From: Chrysemys picta bellii
Lineage: Eukaryota
Direction of reading: 5' to 3'
Length of the DNA: 64,000 bases
NCBI RefSeq assembly: GCF_011386835.1
Contig: NC_088802.1
Span: 54,126,001 to 54,190,000 of the forward strand
The stretch's first letter is position 1; each line of letters begins with the position of its first letter. Position numbers and translations under genes: made by a program. Below the pieces are notes generated by a model. It was not told the origin of the DNA. It was given only the letters and a program-made list of their open reading frames with translations, and made no database searches. Shown here in pieces: positions 32,566 through 45,349 of the stretch.

Positions 32566-35500
32566 TGTCCCGGCAAGGGGGGCACTTCCTCGGGGGCCGG
32601 GCTGGGCGGCGAGGTCTCGCTGTCCTCCCCAGCAGCACTCACCTACAGCACGGAGAGAAGAGAGGACGCGGGTTAGGCTGGGGGAGCCAGACAGCAGCTC
32701 AGGCCGCCTCACCAGCACCATATAGTCAGCGGAGAGAGCCACCCCTTGGGCCACTCCCCACAGGAGCCATGGCTACCGTGTCCCGCTCCCTGCACCACAA
32801 AGCGCTGGCAGCTCTACAGAGTACTTCCCCCCACCCCCACAACCCAGAGCGGCGTCTCCCTTGTAGGGCCAGGCCCCAGCCCCGTTTCCTGCTCAGCCCC
32901 CGGGGGCCGGGAAACGTGCATTGGCCGTTGGAATGCGCTGGCTCTGCCAGCGGCTCAGCTCAGCCCCTGCAACAGTGAATTCGAGAGTCTCTCCCCCGCC
33001 CCCTCCCAGCAAACAGGCCTCTGCCTACCTCCAGAATCTCCCCCCTGACCAATCCAGGGGGGCCTGGCTCAGTCCAGACTGCAGGCCCCGCCACCAGGCC
33101 CCCTTCCTTCCCATCCCGCGCTCTTTAATAGCGGCCGGTGTCGGAGGACAGAGACTGAGCGGGTATGGGAGGGAGACTTGCACCCACTAACGCAGTTAGC
33201 CACAAGCAGCTGATTCTGCAGACAGTGCTGGCCGGGTGAGGCGTCCGGGACAGGTCAGCTGGGCCACAGGAACGGGAGGCTCAAGGGGACAATGTTATCA
33301 CAGCAGCAGGCATGCTCTGGAGAGACTGTCCCTGCCCCACGGAGCAGGGGTGCCAGCGGAATGGGTTTTACCAGCCCGTTTTCCAGCCTGGCAGATTCCC
33401 CCGGTGTTGGAGCTGGCATCAGCTGCCGTTAATCACGTTCCAGCTCGTTCTCGGCCCCTGCCCTGCAGCGTCACTTGGATACAGGGTTCGTCTCGATTTC
33501 CTGTGCTAAACGGCCATGTACTGATGTGGTCTGCTGAGAAGCCGCTATGCCACACCCCAGAGCAGTGAGCTCCCTGCCTCTGTTAGTTCACTGAGGGTGC
33601 TGGGATAGGGGTAAAATTTCCATCCCAATTATTCAGGGTGGGGTGAAAGACAGTCACGCTGCACCCCACGGCACAAGAGGGGCCACCCACAATACAGGAA
33701 AGTCACAGCTACCCAGAGCTAGAGGCAGTTAACATTCAGCAGCCTTGTGGGAACAATCTTCGCCCCGCACCGGAGAGGAACGTGAGTACCAGAGAAACTG
33801 AGGCCGTGAACCCGAGGGGTTTTGAGGAAGTCAGAGCCTGGTGCACTCCACAGAACTGGCCAGTCTGTAGGGACAGGACAGTTCACCCCACTGCGGCCCT
33901 GCGCCTCTTACCGAGGGCGGGTGGCAAGGTGGCGGCTTTGTTCAAAGCCACATGGAGAAAATGCTTTGGATTTTTCTCACGTAAAGCAAGCGGCGAGGAG
34001 CAGCCGCCGGGAGGAATTGGAAACAGACGGCAGGAAGCGCGCAAGGAGGGCTGGAAAATGCAGAGAGGCCCCACGAGCTCAGGGCTCCGCCACGCAACTA
34101 GGAGAAAGGCAGTTGCCTTCAATCGGAGGGAAAGGGGCTCAGAGTTTCTGGGACCCAAGGAGAACTGGTAGGAAGGATCCCTCCAGCTCCCCACGCTGCT
34201 GTCCTGGGGCTCGTCACACCAGGGCTGGAACCAACCACCATATTGAACAGGAATGATCCAGAACACAGTTCTGGGCCTTTTCCATCCCTGCTCCCCCAGC
34301 GAGCTGGGAGCTAGCCCAGACCCCCCTTCCTGCTATACATGGAGGGGGCTCTGGCTGGGAAGGACAGACTGCTCAGGAACAGAGACTGACCGGCACGGGC
34401 GTGTCTACCCTAGGACGTCTCCCCACTGCACTAGCACAGGTTCAGCTCCACCAGGCAGAGCACTTCGTGCAGACAGGGTTTAACCCCAAGCATCTAGGTT
34501 TGCTCCGAGGCCGGCCAGCCCAGGCGGGGCTGCCGTGGCAGGAGCGTTCCCAGCAGAGACTGGTGCAGACCCGGCCCGAGATTCTCAGCCCTGGACTAGC
34601 TGCGGCCGCCACACGGGCGGAGGCTGGGGAGCAGGATGAGGGTGGAGCAGCGTTTGCAGCGGTGCAGGAGAGAAGATGGCCCCGCAGGAGGCCACAGCTC
34701 CCTTGCTGGTTCCCGGGGGCTGGGAGCAGCGTGGTCCGGGCCCTATCTCCCCAGGTGCCTTGGTAGCAAGGGACAATGGACACGTTTCCTTTCCACCCAA
34801 CCCCAGGGGTCCCTAGAGCCACTGAAGGAGCTGGGCAGTCAGCGACAGGCCCATCACCGCCGCCTGCACCCAGGCCGGGGTTTTCAGCACGACGAGCCGT
34901 GTGGAGTGGGGCAGAAAGAAACCGTCCGAGCTGCCCCGGTGGCTGTGGTGCTTCCTCCAGGCGGGGGGAAAACTATCCTGGCTCCAGCTCCTAGTTGAGC
35001 GGGCTTCCATCCGCCACCCTCCCCCATCCCACTGCATTTGGCCGCGTGCACTGGATTCCTTGGCTCTCAGAGGCAGAGCAGCCCAGCCGCCAGCGTCAGT
35101 GGAAGGGGGATCCCATGGGTCAGAGCCGGCTTCGCGTGGGCCTGCGCCGGCTTCCACAGCCCTACTGAGAGACCGAACCACCCCAGCGGTGACATGGCTC
35201 CGTGCCAGCTCCCCTGCACTCTGCTGCATCCTCACAGCCGGATTATCTAGGCAGATGCTGGTGGCGGCGGCTGGCTGGGAGCACAGGGGCTCAGGCACCG
35301 TTCTGCCCTGGTCAGTCTGTGCACAAGGCAGCCAGGACTGGCAGAACTGTAGATGGGGGCAGACTGCACCGTTCTCCTCCCTGCCCCATCACTGCCTGAG
35401 TCATGCTGCCTAGAGACTGTTTAAGCCCATCCCAGGGGCTTGGGGCGATTCCCTGGCCCGGAAGCTGGGACTTTCCCAAGAGGGGTTGGTGAGGAGGCCT

Positions 35501-37589
35501 CCGTGGGGAGCGCCTGCATCAGCAGAAGCGGCCCCTTTGGAGCGAAAGCTTTCTCCAAGGTCACACGCCGCCCCACAGCTTGTGCAGAGGGAGCAGTTTG
35601 GGCTCGGGAGGGGAGGAGGGGGAACAGAGGAGAGGCAGGTGCTGAGAGAAGCAGGCCGTGACTGGAACGCAGATGGGCATCAGAGAGAAAGGGAGACGCA
35701 CACATGCCTACACACGAGGCAGCCCATGTCCTGCTGTTCTGCGTTCTCCACACCCCACAACCCAGCTCACGCAAAGCCCGTAGCCGTTCTGAAACCCCCG
35801 CTCCCTATCTTAGGGGCCCCCAGCGACACCTGTCCCCAGTTAAAGGGACAGGCCCTCTGTGCCCATCACCCCTAGCTCACCAGGGTGTTGAGATGGTCTC
35901 CTGGTGTTTCTGGCTTTCCAGTGCTCCCTCCACGTGCTAATACCATGCTCACGGCCGTGGCATCAGCGCACCAAGAGGCCTGCCCTTTGTACAGTCCAAG
36001 CGCCACCTCGAACGCTGAGCAAGACCCGCGGCTCAGGACGCAAGGCGAGGTCTCCAGAAGCCAGAAAGCGGCACAGGGGAGCTGGACTGAAGGACTAGGC
36101 CGGGAGTCTATGCAGCTGGGCTCCCCATCCTCTCCCTCCAGCTTTGGCAGACCTCCCGCTGTTTTGGGTGCTATGGGACAGAGGCTCTTTTCTCTCTACC
36201 CCTGGGGGCTGAGGCAGGGGGTGGATGAAGAGCCCCACAGCGACATGAGAGGATGCAGGATGCACCAGAGGCTTGTTTCCACTCGCTGATCGGCTCTCCT
36301 GGTAGCCTTTCGCACACACGTAGCCTAGCGTTTCGCACACAGCCCCCCGCCCCCGGGGACGGACTTGCAGACTCTGAATGTTTAATTTAGGAGCAACAAA
36401 CAGCCGGGATGCGATCGCACGGCAGGAAGCAAACGCAGGGCGTCTGGCTCCACTGACCCTTTGCCTGGGTCTGGGGAGAGAAGAGCAGGAAAGGGGCGAA
36501 CATGCATCCTCCGTGCCCCACAACCCAGCTCACGCAATGCCACTGTGCCATTTAGAGCCCCACTGGCCTGCCGAAGGCTGTGGGGCTGCCCGCCCCACTG
36601 GGAAGGGAGCCATGCCCCATTCACCAGAGGGTCACCAGCACTCACAGCTGTTCACCCATCCCAGTGCCCCTTCACCCAAGGCAGTTCTCCCCCCTCTGGC
36701 TTCCTTCCCCACCTCTGCAGCATTAACCCTGCCCCCTTACCAGCCTCTGATTCCCAACCCCACGGCATCCCAGCCTGCGACTCGTTCCTCTCCAGACCCC
36801 TGGGGCACAGTCTGCCCGGCCCGGCCCAGCCACAGGGAATGGACGGAGCTGCCTCGCGTTTGCCCCCAGAGTAGGGGCTTGGCAGAGCAGGGCAAGAACC
36901 TGCCCAAGTCCCAGACTCCGAGGTGGCTGGGACTCTGGTTAGGAAGATGGGGGGACTCTGCCTCACCGGTTTCTGGTTCCAGCTGACTTTAGTACTGGCA
37001 AACTCCGGTTCTTTGCCCCCCCCCATCCCCATGCCCATGCCCACCCACCACACCTGTGCGTCTTAGGGGCTACAGGATACCCCCCGGCCAGCCCAGCCAG
37101 CTGTGGAGTTCACGACCCCTTTGCCCTCCCGGCGCGCAATGGCTCCAGCTCTCACGCGCTCCAAGCAGCTCTAAGGAACGGGGAGATCAGCAGTGGGGTA
37201 CGGAGCCGTTTGCTGCCAGGCAGCCGGTTCAGATCCAGCCCAGCTCAGCCGTGCCCCCGGGCAGAGACGAGAGGATTCCGCAGGGGCTGATGGGATACAA
37301 GTTGGGAGCTTCTGAACAGCTCGCTGTGGCGAAGCAATGACACCTCCCGCCCAAGGGCCTCCCAAAGCTGGCAGTGACCAGCCCTCTGGTTGTGAGTCTC
37401 AGCAGAAGACCAAGGACTGGCTGTGACATGGGAGTGCCACTGCCCTCTGGCTAGTATGCAGGGTCCCTCCAGGCCAGGTCTTACCCACATCTGCAGGGCA
37501 TGGGATACAGGGTGTCCTGGGGAAGCTGCTGCCCATGCTCTCCTGTGCTGGAGAACTTCAGCAGACAGAAACATGCTCTTGTGGTTCAG

Positions 37590-37700
37590 GCACCAGGCGG
37601 GGATGAGTTGGGTTCAATTCCTGACTCCGCCACTGACTCCCTGTGTACCTTGGGCAAGTCACTTCACCTCTCTGGGCCTCCCTCCACGCCTAGGAAACAG
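37590..37700 (+). mobile_element. MIR/CORE-SINE fragment
   Basis: GGGTTCAATTCCTGACTCCGCCACTGACTCCCTGTGTACCTTGGGCAAGTCACTTCACCTCTCTG. Confidence 0.75.
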
Positions 37701-38774
37701 GGAAAAGGAGACAGCCTGTCTCCAATCTGTTGTCTAGAGGGACAGCAGCAAAGCCGTGTCTAAACAGACAACTGGAAAAGCTCCTTGGGACCTGGACGAT
37801 CTCTCACTTGTGCAGCACCCAGCACAGTGGAGCTGTGATTTCAGTTGTTGCGTCTGTGGTAGGAATAACAATCTTCAGGGCTTTCAATCCAACACCTGTT
37901 CTCCATGCACTGAGTAACGGGATATACAAGAACTGGCCTGCACTCGGATGGTCCTCAGAAGCCTGTTCTCCCTGCACTTGCTCTGGTGAGCCATCCAGAG
38001 ATCTTAGCCCAGGGTCACGGTCAGCCTTCCCCACACGGCATGGGCACCGCTCACTGACAGAGTCGGCTGTTCCACGGGCCGCGGCGAGCACCGTTCCTGC
38101 TCCTCTTACATGCGTTTTACTGCCACTTCCGGACAAGCTGGAGGCCCCGCTCAGAGATTGCGCTGGGCTTCGGAGGGGGGGAAACGTTCCCCAGACTGTC
38201 CTGCCTTGCTGGGCCACAGAGCGCCAGTGACGGCCCCGAGAGAAAGACTCCAGTGGCTGCGCTCCACGTGCCTGTCCTGGGGCAGCGAGCAGGGATCAGC
38301 GTCTCCCTCTCTTCCAGGTTTCTATGGGACAGTCCAGATTCGGACCCGGCTGCTCCGCCAGCAAAGTGCTCCAAGGTGCTGATATCTGCCAGACCCGGGG
38401 AGACGCTGTCACAATGCCGGGGGCCCCCCCAAGGCTGGGGCATCAAGACCTCGCCGTCAGAGCCCGCCCTGCTGGACTAACTGATAGAGGCAGCATCCGT
38501 GTAATGGGTTTCACCCGCCCCCTTCTGCTGGTGACCAAGGCAAGGGGACGCTCTACAGAGACAGAGCCCCACAAGAGGCTGCAGCCAGCAAGTACTCATG
38601 AGCCAACCTGGCATCCTCCGAAGTCTGCTCCGTTTGCCCTGCTGGAGCAAAGTCCTGACCCTTTCTCCATTACCGCTTCCCCCGCCCTGCAGCTTTCTCG
38701 CTGGCCCCTTCCCCCCGCCCCCGCTCAGCCCGCCCTGCGGCACTGCAGGTCCCCTGCTTTCCCCCACAGATCCA

Positions 38775-38965
38775 GGGTACGTCTACACGGCAATCGAACA
38801 CCCGCAACTGGCCTGGATCAGCTGACACAGGCTGGGGGGCTATAAAATTCAGTGTAGATATTTGGGCTTGGCCGGGCTCTGGGATCCTTCCTGGTCTGAG
38901 CCCCGCGAGACCACGTCAGCCGACACAGGCCAGCGGAGGGTGTTTTATAGCAGTGTAGACGTCCC
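38775..38965. mobile_element. Turtle-type palindromic MITE (PIF/Harbinger-like)
   Basis: TIR GGGTACGTCTACAC / GTGTAGACGTCCC; same family as 6244-6514. Confidence 0.7.
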
Positions 38966-39513
38966 CATAGACACACCCTGAGTGCTCTTCCATTGCTCAG
39001 CGGGAGCAGGGCAGACTTCCTGCTTTGCAATCACTTCCATCTCGCCGCTCTTGCTTCAGAGAGCGTACAAGGCTCAAACTGTTCTCCAGCTTCTACCCCA
39101 ATTAAACAATAACCTGTTAGACAATCTCTCATCACAGCGCCAAGTACTTGGGCTCCCAGCTCTTCTGAGCAAGGCTGCAACTCCCTCCTCTCCCCAGCGT
39201 CCTTTGAAAGGTTACAGAAAATGAGCTACACAGAACGTGCCAACCGCCTGCCCCTCCCAGGCCGTTCAGAGGAATCAATCCACCAGCCATTTCCGGTACT
39301 TGCGTGTCCCCCATTGGTACAGCGTCTGAGCACCACACAAACTAACACCACAGGCTCGGGTTCCTCATCTGATCCTGTGTAACACGGGCCAGGGACCTGC
39401 CCCGTAATCCTTCCTAGCGCACGTCTTTTAGGAAAAGCACCACCTTCGTGAGACCGGCCAGTGCTATATTATCTTCACTTCACAAATGGGGAGCCGAGCC
39501 ACAGAGAGACAAA

Positions 39514-39777
39514 GGGAACGTCTACACAGCAAGCAAGTCTCAGAGCCCGGATCCACTGACTCGGGCTTGCGGGGCCCACCCCATAGGGCTAAAAATAGCA
39601 ATGTAGATGCTCTGGCTAGAGCCTGGGCTCTGAGACCTTCCCCCCTTGCTGGGGTTCAGAGCCCCGGCTGCAACCTGAACCCCAAACATCGACACTGCGC
39701 GTTTGAGCCCTGTTTTTCAGTCAGCTGACCCGCGCTGAGCCTCACGGCCGGGTTTTAGGCACCGTGTAGACGGACCC
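39514..39777. mobile_element. PIF/Harbinger-like MITE inserted into a MIR
   Basis: TIR GGGAACGTCTACAC / GTGTAGACGGACCC; flanks AAA / TAA; the MIR sequence resumes as TAAGTGACT on the right. Confidence 0.7.
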
Positions 39778-40133
39778 TAAGTGACTGGCCACAGGATGCT
39801 TGTGGTCGGGCAGAGATTTGAACAGCAGCTCTCAAGGTGCTGTGCGTGGTATCTGAGGAGATGCTACATGGTCTGATTTCCGTTTGTTGGTTCCTACACC
39901 CCACTGTACAGATTTAAATCCTACAGAGTCTGTCACTGGACACGAGCGGTGAGCATTTAGTGGCTGAGGAAGGCAAGGGGAGCCTGGACTCCTGGGTTCC
40001 ACACAGTTGGTGGCTGGGTCGAAGTGCGAGCCGGCACTTCACTTTACTTTCTCTCACACACACTTCTCCTTTTGGTGTCAGTTTCCTATCCATAAACTAG
40101 GTTTAATCCATCCAGGCAGGGAAAAGCCTAACC

Positions 40134-40465
40134 CAGTGGTTCTCAAACTTGGGCCGCCGCTTGTTCGGGGAAAGCCCCTGGTGGGCCGGGCCGGTTTGTT
40201 TATCTACCGCGTCCACAGGTTCGGCCGATCGCGGCTCCCACTGGCTGCGGTTCACCGCTCCAGGGCAATGGGGGCTGCAGGAAGGGCGGCCAGCATGTCT
40301 CTCGGCCCGCGCTACTTCCCGCAGCCCCCATTGGCCTGGAGCGGTGAACCGCAGCCAGTGGGAGCCGCGAACGGCCGAACCTGTGGACGCGGTAGGTAAA
40401 CAAACCGGCCTGGCCCGCCAGGGCCTTTCCCCGAACAAGCGGCGGCCCAAGTTTGAGAACCACTG
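40134..40465. mobile_element. hAT (Charlie-like) MITE, 332 bp
   Basis: TIR CAGTGGTTCTCAAAC / GTTTGAGAACCACTG; TSD GCCTAACC / GTCTAACC; family of 1119-1450. Confidence 0.92.
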
Positions 40466-41553
40466 GTCTAACCAATTCCCCCCTCGCTGGGGTGTCCGAT
40501 TTCCTTATCTGTCACTAACATCTCCTCGGATTGAAAACCAAGCCTGCCTTTTTTGGTCCTTCTCCAGCCCGGAGGAGTTACAAGTAATGGAAAAACCGAC
40601 TAGGCAGTTTCTAATCAGTTTCCCTGCCAGGTTCTCATGCCCTAGCTCATTGCTGCATGCAGGGAGAGGATTACACACTTGCCCACGCATCTTTTTCCTT
40701 TGCCTGATTTCATTTCTATTGGCCTTCGGTTTCACACAAGACATGGAACCCCCCCCCCCAGGCCAGCTCCCCAGCCGGTGTACGTCAATGACAATCCGCT
40801 GATTTAGGCCAGCTGCGGACCCAGCCCTAACAGCTAACCATGGGGGCAAGTTTGCTTCCTTAGCGTTCCTAAGAGACTTTGAAAGCCTTGGCTAAAGGCA
40901 GCAGGAGACTCAAGTGTTACCGACGTTACTGAGTAGCTTTGCCCTCCTCCAGAAGCCTCCACACTGCTAGGGGCCCAGAACAAGCCACGGCCTTCCTCCT
41001 CCTAGCTAGCAGGAAAGGGGCGAATTCGTAGCGCCTTCTCTCTCCCCTGGCAAGCTTCACTCTCGAGACAGTTGGGGAAGATGGGGCGGGAGAGGGGATG
41101 TTTTCACAGAGCGGGAGGCTGCAGGGAGCTCTCTCTACTACAGGCTTCCAGAGCTCTCTGGCTGCAGCAGGGGTGCTGGGCTTGCCTCGGCGCGGGAGAG
41201 AGCCCCTTTCTCTGTTTTAGTACAGGGAGAAAGGAAGGAGACAAGATCCCGTGACATTCCCGCTGCTGCTTTGACAAAAGCAGAAAACCAGCCCGGAGAA
41301 CCTTAACAGCCGCCTCCTAATAATCTGCTGAGAAAGCGCAAGTGTAACCCGAGACAAAGGTAAAGAGGCAGCCAGCAGCCTGCGTCCAGGGGCAGGCGGT
41401 GCCAACTGCCCTCCCAGAGCACAGCCTCGCTCCTACTGCCAAAACCCATTTCAGAGGGTGGGTGGCGTAGCAAGGGGAGGTCGAGGGGAGCAGAGACCAG
41501 TCAATTACCCTTTTCCTCCCCCAATTCAGGCCTGCTAAATTTGCTCTCTAAGT

Positions 41554-41902
41554 CAGGGGTTCTCAACCTTTTTCTTTCTGCCTCCCCACCCCCCAACTTG
41601 CTATACAAACTCCACAGCCCAGCTGCACCACAACACCTGTTTTTCTGCAGATAAAAGCCAGGGCTGGTGTTAGGGGGTAGCAAGCAGAGCATTGGCCCAG
41701 GGCCCCACGCCACAGCGGGCCCCACGAAGCTAAACTGCTCAGGCTTCGGATTCAGCCCAGGGTGGTGGGGCTGAGGGCCAAGGGGCTTTGGCTTTCTGCC
41801 CTGGGCCTCAGTGAGTCTAATGAGGATCCCTGCTTGATGGACTCCCTGAAACCTGATCAAAGCCCCCCAGGGGGGCCTCAGACCTGTGGCCGAGAACTGC
41901 TG
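41554..41902. mobile_element. hAT non-autonomous element, 349 bp
   Basis: Ends CAGGGGTTCTCAACC / GGCCGAGAACTGCTG; TSD CTCTAAGT / CTCTAGGT; inverse relative at 48174-48532. Confidence 0.8.
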
Positions 41903-43079
41903 CTCTAGGTGGTTTAGGGACTTGGATTGCAAGCTCCTCAGGGCAGGAACCATCTGTTTGTTACGAATCCATTCTCCATCACCCGCACCTTGTGGCCTTT
42001 CACACCCGGGCAGCACTTCACACCGGTGCCAGCAGCTCCACGAGGTGTTGGGTGAGCGACAGTTCAGCCCACACGTCTGTACAGCGCCTGGCACAATCGG
42101 GCACAGAGTCTGCAGCAGAGCAAGGATTGGAACCCAGGAGCTCCGAAATCCCAACCCCGGATCTGTGCCCTGCTCTCAGTTCCGCCCCATGGAGCTGCAC
42201 AGAGGGCAGGCTGTCACACGGCGGCAGGCAGGAGTGACAAGCCGGAAGTCAATAGCAATCAAGGGCCTTGACTCGGGGCTTTCCTGACCCATTAACTTAC
42301 GCTGGCTCTGCCTCGCCCCGACACCAGGACGCGCGCTCTTTTGCCATCCCTCACAAGACTGGCTGGCGTGAAACTAGAGCCGCCAGCTCCGTTGCGGGTT
42401 TTGGTTCACGAGGCAGCGCCCTGAAGCTAGGAGATCGCAGGAGGTTCCACCCCACCCCCCTTCCTCCGTCAGACTCACTGGAGCATGGGCTGGGCTGGGC
42501 TGCACAGCGAGAGCTCCACCTGAAACCTGGCGGAGGGAAAGCGAGCGCGTCCAAGAGATGATCAGCCCTGTACTATCCAACAAGAATCTCTGCCCCTTTA
42601 CAGCGCCTGTCTGCACACCTGAGCTCAACACCCAAACAAAGAACCACCTCCGGCCCACAGAGCTACCAACACAGAATAGCAGCAGGTGGAGAGTCGCATA
42701 ATCATCATCTTCCCTCACTGCAGACAGAAGCTGCAATCCTTGTCTACCCTTTGCCAAGCAGGCCCCAGCCCTGAAGATAGAGGCCCATCCTCCAGCCATC
42801 AGTGCAAAGACATGGGCAAAGCCCAAAGACACCCAGGCAGAAGGGTGAAAGGAGACAGTTTTGCACCCTCCTTGGAGGTGCCAGTGTTGGCGGCAGGGCA
42901 GAAACATCTGTAGGACTGACAGACTAGACTTTAAAACAGCTGATATGCTGTTAATTTATCAGAAGCATCTGCAGCACCTATTGCAAAGCAGGTGGAAAAT
43001 ATCAGGCAGAGAAAATTAGATCCCCATCCAGAGTGTTTGACCCAGAGGGAGACAGGGATCTTGGCTCTTGCCAGCATAA

Positions 43080-43445
43080 TCTTCCACACACAGACACAAT
43101 TAACCTGTGGAACTCACTGCCACAAGATATCACCAACCTGAAGTGCTTAGCAGGATTTCCAAAAGGACTGGGCAGTTCTAGGGATGACAAGGATATCCAG
43201 AGTTGCATTAAGTACTAACAAAGACAACAGGAGTTTGGGAAAGGCTATAAACTCTCATGCTTCAGGGCATGAGCCAACCTCTAATTAGTACAGGGAGGGG
43301 GTCAGGAGGAAACATTCCCTGGGGCAAGGTTATCCCTTAACTGTCTCAAGTTCCTCTGAAATAGCAGATACTGGCCAGTGTCTTTCACAAGATACTGGAC
43401 TAGACAGACCGCTGCTCTGCTCCAATCTTGCCATTCCTGCGTCCC
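43080..43445 (+). mobile_element. CR1 LINE 3' fragment
   Basis: ORF2 C-terminal remnant INLWNSLPQDI..LAGFPKGL followed by a CR1-like 3' UTR; boundaries approximate. Confidence 0.7.
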
Positions 43446-44173
43446 CATATTGTGGCTGTGGGAGGGTGAGGAGCGAGCAGCCAGATTTCTCACAGCCCAT
43501 TCAAGACCATGGTAAGCTAAGACAATTTTCGAGTTGGGAGACTGAAGGCAGTTCAGGGATATCTCACCAGGGAACTGGTTAACCAACTCACCCACCCCAG
43601 AACAAACGCACAGAACAATGGGAGCCAGATTGCAGCAATCAGCAGAAATCACATCAGCTGAAGCCCTTTTAAATGACTCCCACCCTGAATACAATAACCT
43701 GCTGTGTCATGCGGCCTATAGTCAGGAGGGTCAGTAGAGGATTCACCTGAGTTACAGAACCGCCCCGCTTCAGCCTGTTAGCAGAGGGTATCTTTCCCTC
43801 TGCGTCAGCAGTGGGCATGCAGCTCGCTGGTACTGCCTACCAGCAGGTCATCACTCCCCTTCACAGACATCGGCTGTGGCCAAGAGGAGGCAAACCCCAG
43901 TTCTGCTCCCAAGCAGAATCCAGCTTGGACTCCATCAAGACCTGGACTGGTTTGCCAATCGCTCGCCACATAAAGCATGGCCCGGGCACTGCTCGCTGAG
44001 CGCCATCCCAGGGCGAGGGCTCTGCTGGGGGCAGGTCAGGCTCCGTGCCAGCCTCTGACATGAAGGCACCTTCCGACTGGGGGCCAAGAGGGAGGCACTG
44101 AATCGTTTTCTCTCTGGACCTCACCTGGAGTCAAACCACAGTGCTAGCGAGAACCAAGATCTAGCACTGCCTG

Positions 44174-44320
44174 CAGCATGGCCTAGTGGATTGGGCACTA
44201 GATTGGGACTCAGGAGACCTGAGTTCAGGTCCCAGCTCCGCCCCTCCTTCACTGGCAGACCTTGGGCAGGTCCCAGCCCTCCCCCTGCCTCAGTTTCCCT
44301 ATCTGTAAAACAGGGAGAAC
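44174..44320 (+). mobile_element. MIR/CORE-SINE
   Basis: tRNA-like head GGCCTAGTGG, B-box-like GAGTTCAGGTCC, core GCCTCAGTTTCCCTATCTGTAAAA. Confidence 0.75.
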
Positions 44321-45109
44321 ATGGGCTTGGAGATTTATGGATGAAGAGGACTATCAAAGAACTGCTACATCCGGGACAGATGTCTAACTCAGGCCGGGGC
44401 TAAGCTGCCGTTTAGTCCCATCTCTCATGCTGCTGGCAGCTGAGGCGCGCAGAGCAGATACTGCCCCAGAGCTCTCCGCCGGTTGGCAGAGCGCCAGGTT
44501 CAGAGCCCTCCCCAGGGAAGTCCGTGCACTCACTACGTCCCCCGGAGAGATGTGGAGCCATTAAGCCAGAGACGAGCCCGAGCCTGGAAGCTCCACTCCA
44601 GGCCCTTGAACTCCGCTCAGACTGAAGTCTTCATCGAAGCCCTGGCACAGCTCTAATACAGACAATAGGCTGCAGAGACCTTCAACTAGCCCCCTTCTCG
44701 CCCTACAGGGCAGGGATGTTGCCAGACACAACCCAACATCAGCAGTTCCAAGCATTCCTGGAAGGGGCCAATACATCACAGGGTGCAAGGTATCTCTCAG
44801 GTGCCTTTAACCAACAACTGCAGCCAATTCTCAGTTATTCACAATGGATCCTGCAGAGATGTTCCCCAGAATCCCTTGCACTGGTCCCCACCTCCCTTCC
44901 CCTGGCAAGGGGCAACTGCTCAGTGCTCCCAGCACCCCAGCTGTGAGCTCCCTGTCTAGCTTGAGGCAGGCTAACCCCCATGCACGGGGGCAGAGGTCAA
45001 AGCCTTCTTCCTGCAGCAGGAGAAAGCCGAGAGGGCAGATGGGGTGGAGAGGGGGCTTGGTCCCCTGGCCCCCTATTTAGTCAGTCACACCCACCCGGAG
45101 CACATTTAA

Positions 45110-45349
45110 ACACATCAGACATTTCTGGAGGATAGGTCCATCAATGGCTATTAGCCACAATGGGCAGGGACACCACCCCCTGCTCTGGGTGTCCCTAGCT
45201 GGGAAGGGGCGACAGGGGATGGATCACTCGATGATTCCCTGTTCTGTTCATTCCCTCTGGGGCACCTGGCACTGGCCGCTGTTGGACGACAGGACACTGA
45301 GTTAGATGGGCCATTGGTCTGACCCACGATAGCCACCCTTACGGTCTTA
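45110..45349 (+). mobile_element. CR1 LINE 3' end
   Basis: GGAGGATAGGTCCATCAATGGCTATTAGCC..GGGCCATTGGTCTGACCC..CTTACGGTCTTA turtle-type CR1 tail. Confidence 0.75.

Noticed and set aside
32566-32754. 63-aa N-terminal extension of CDC42EP4
   Set aside because: Non-ATG start and crosses the acceptor at 32643; family homology begins at MPILKQLV
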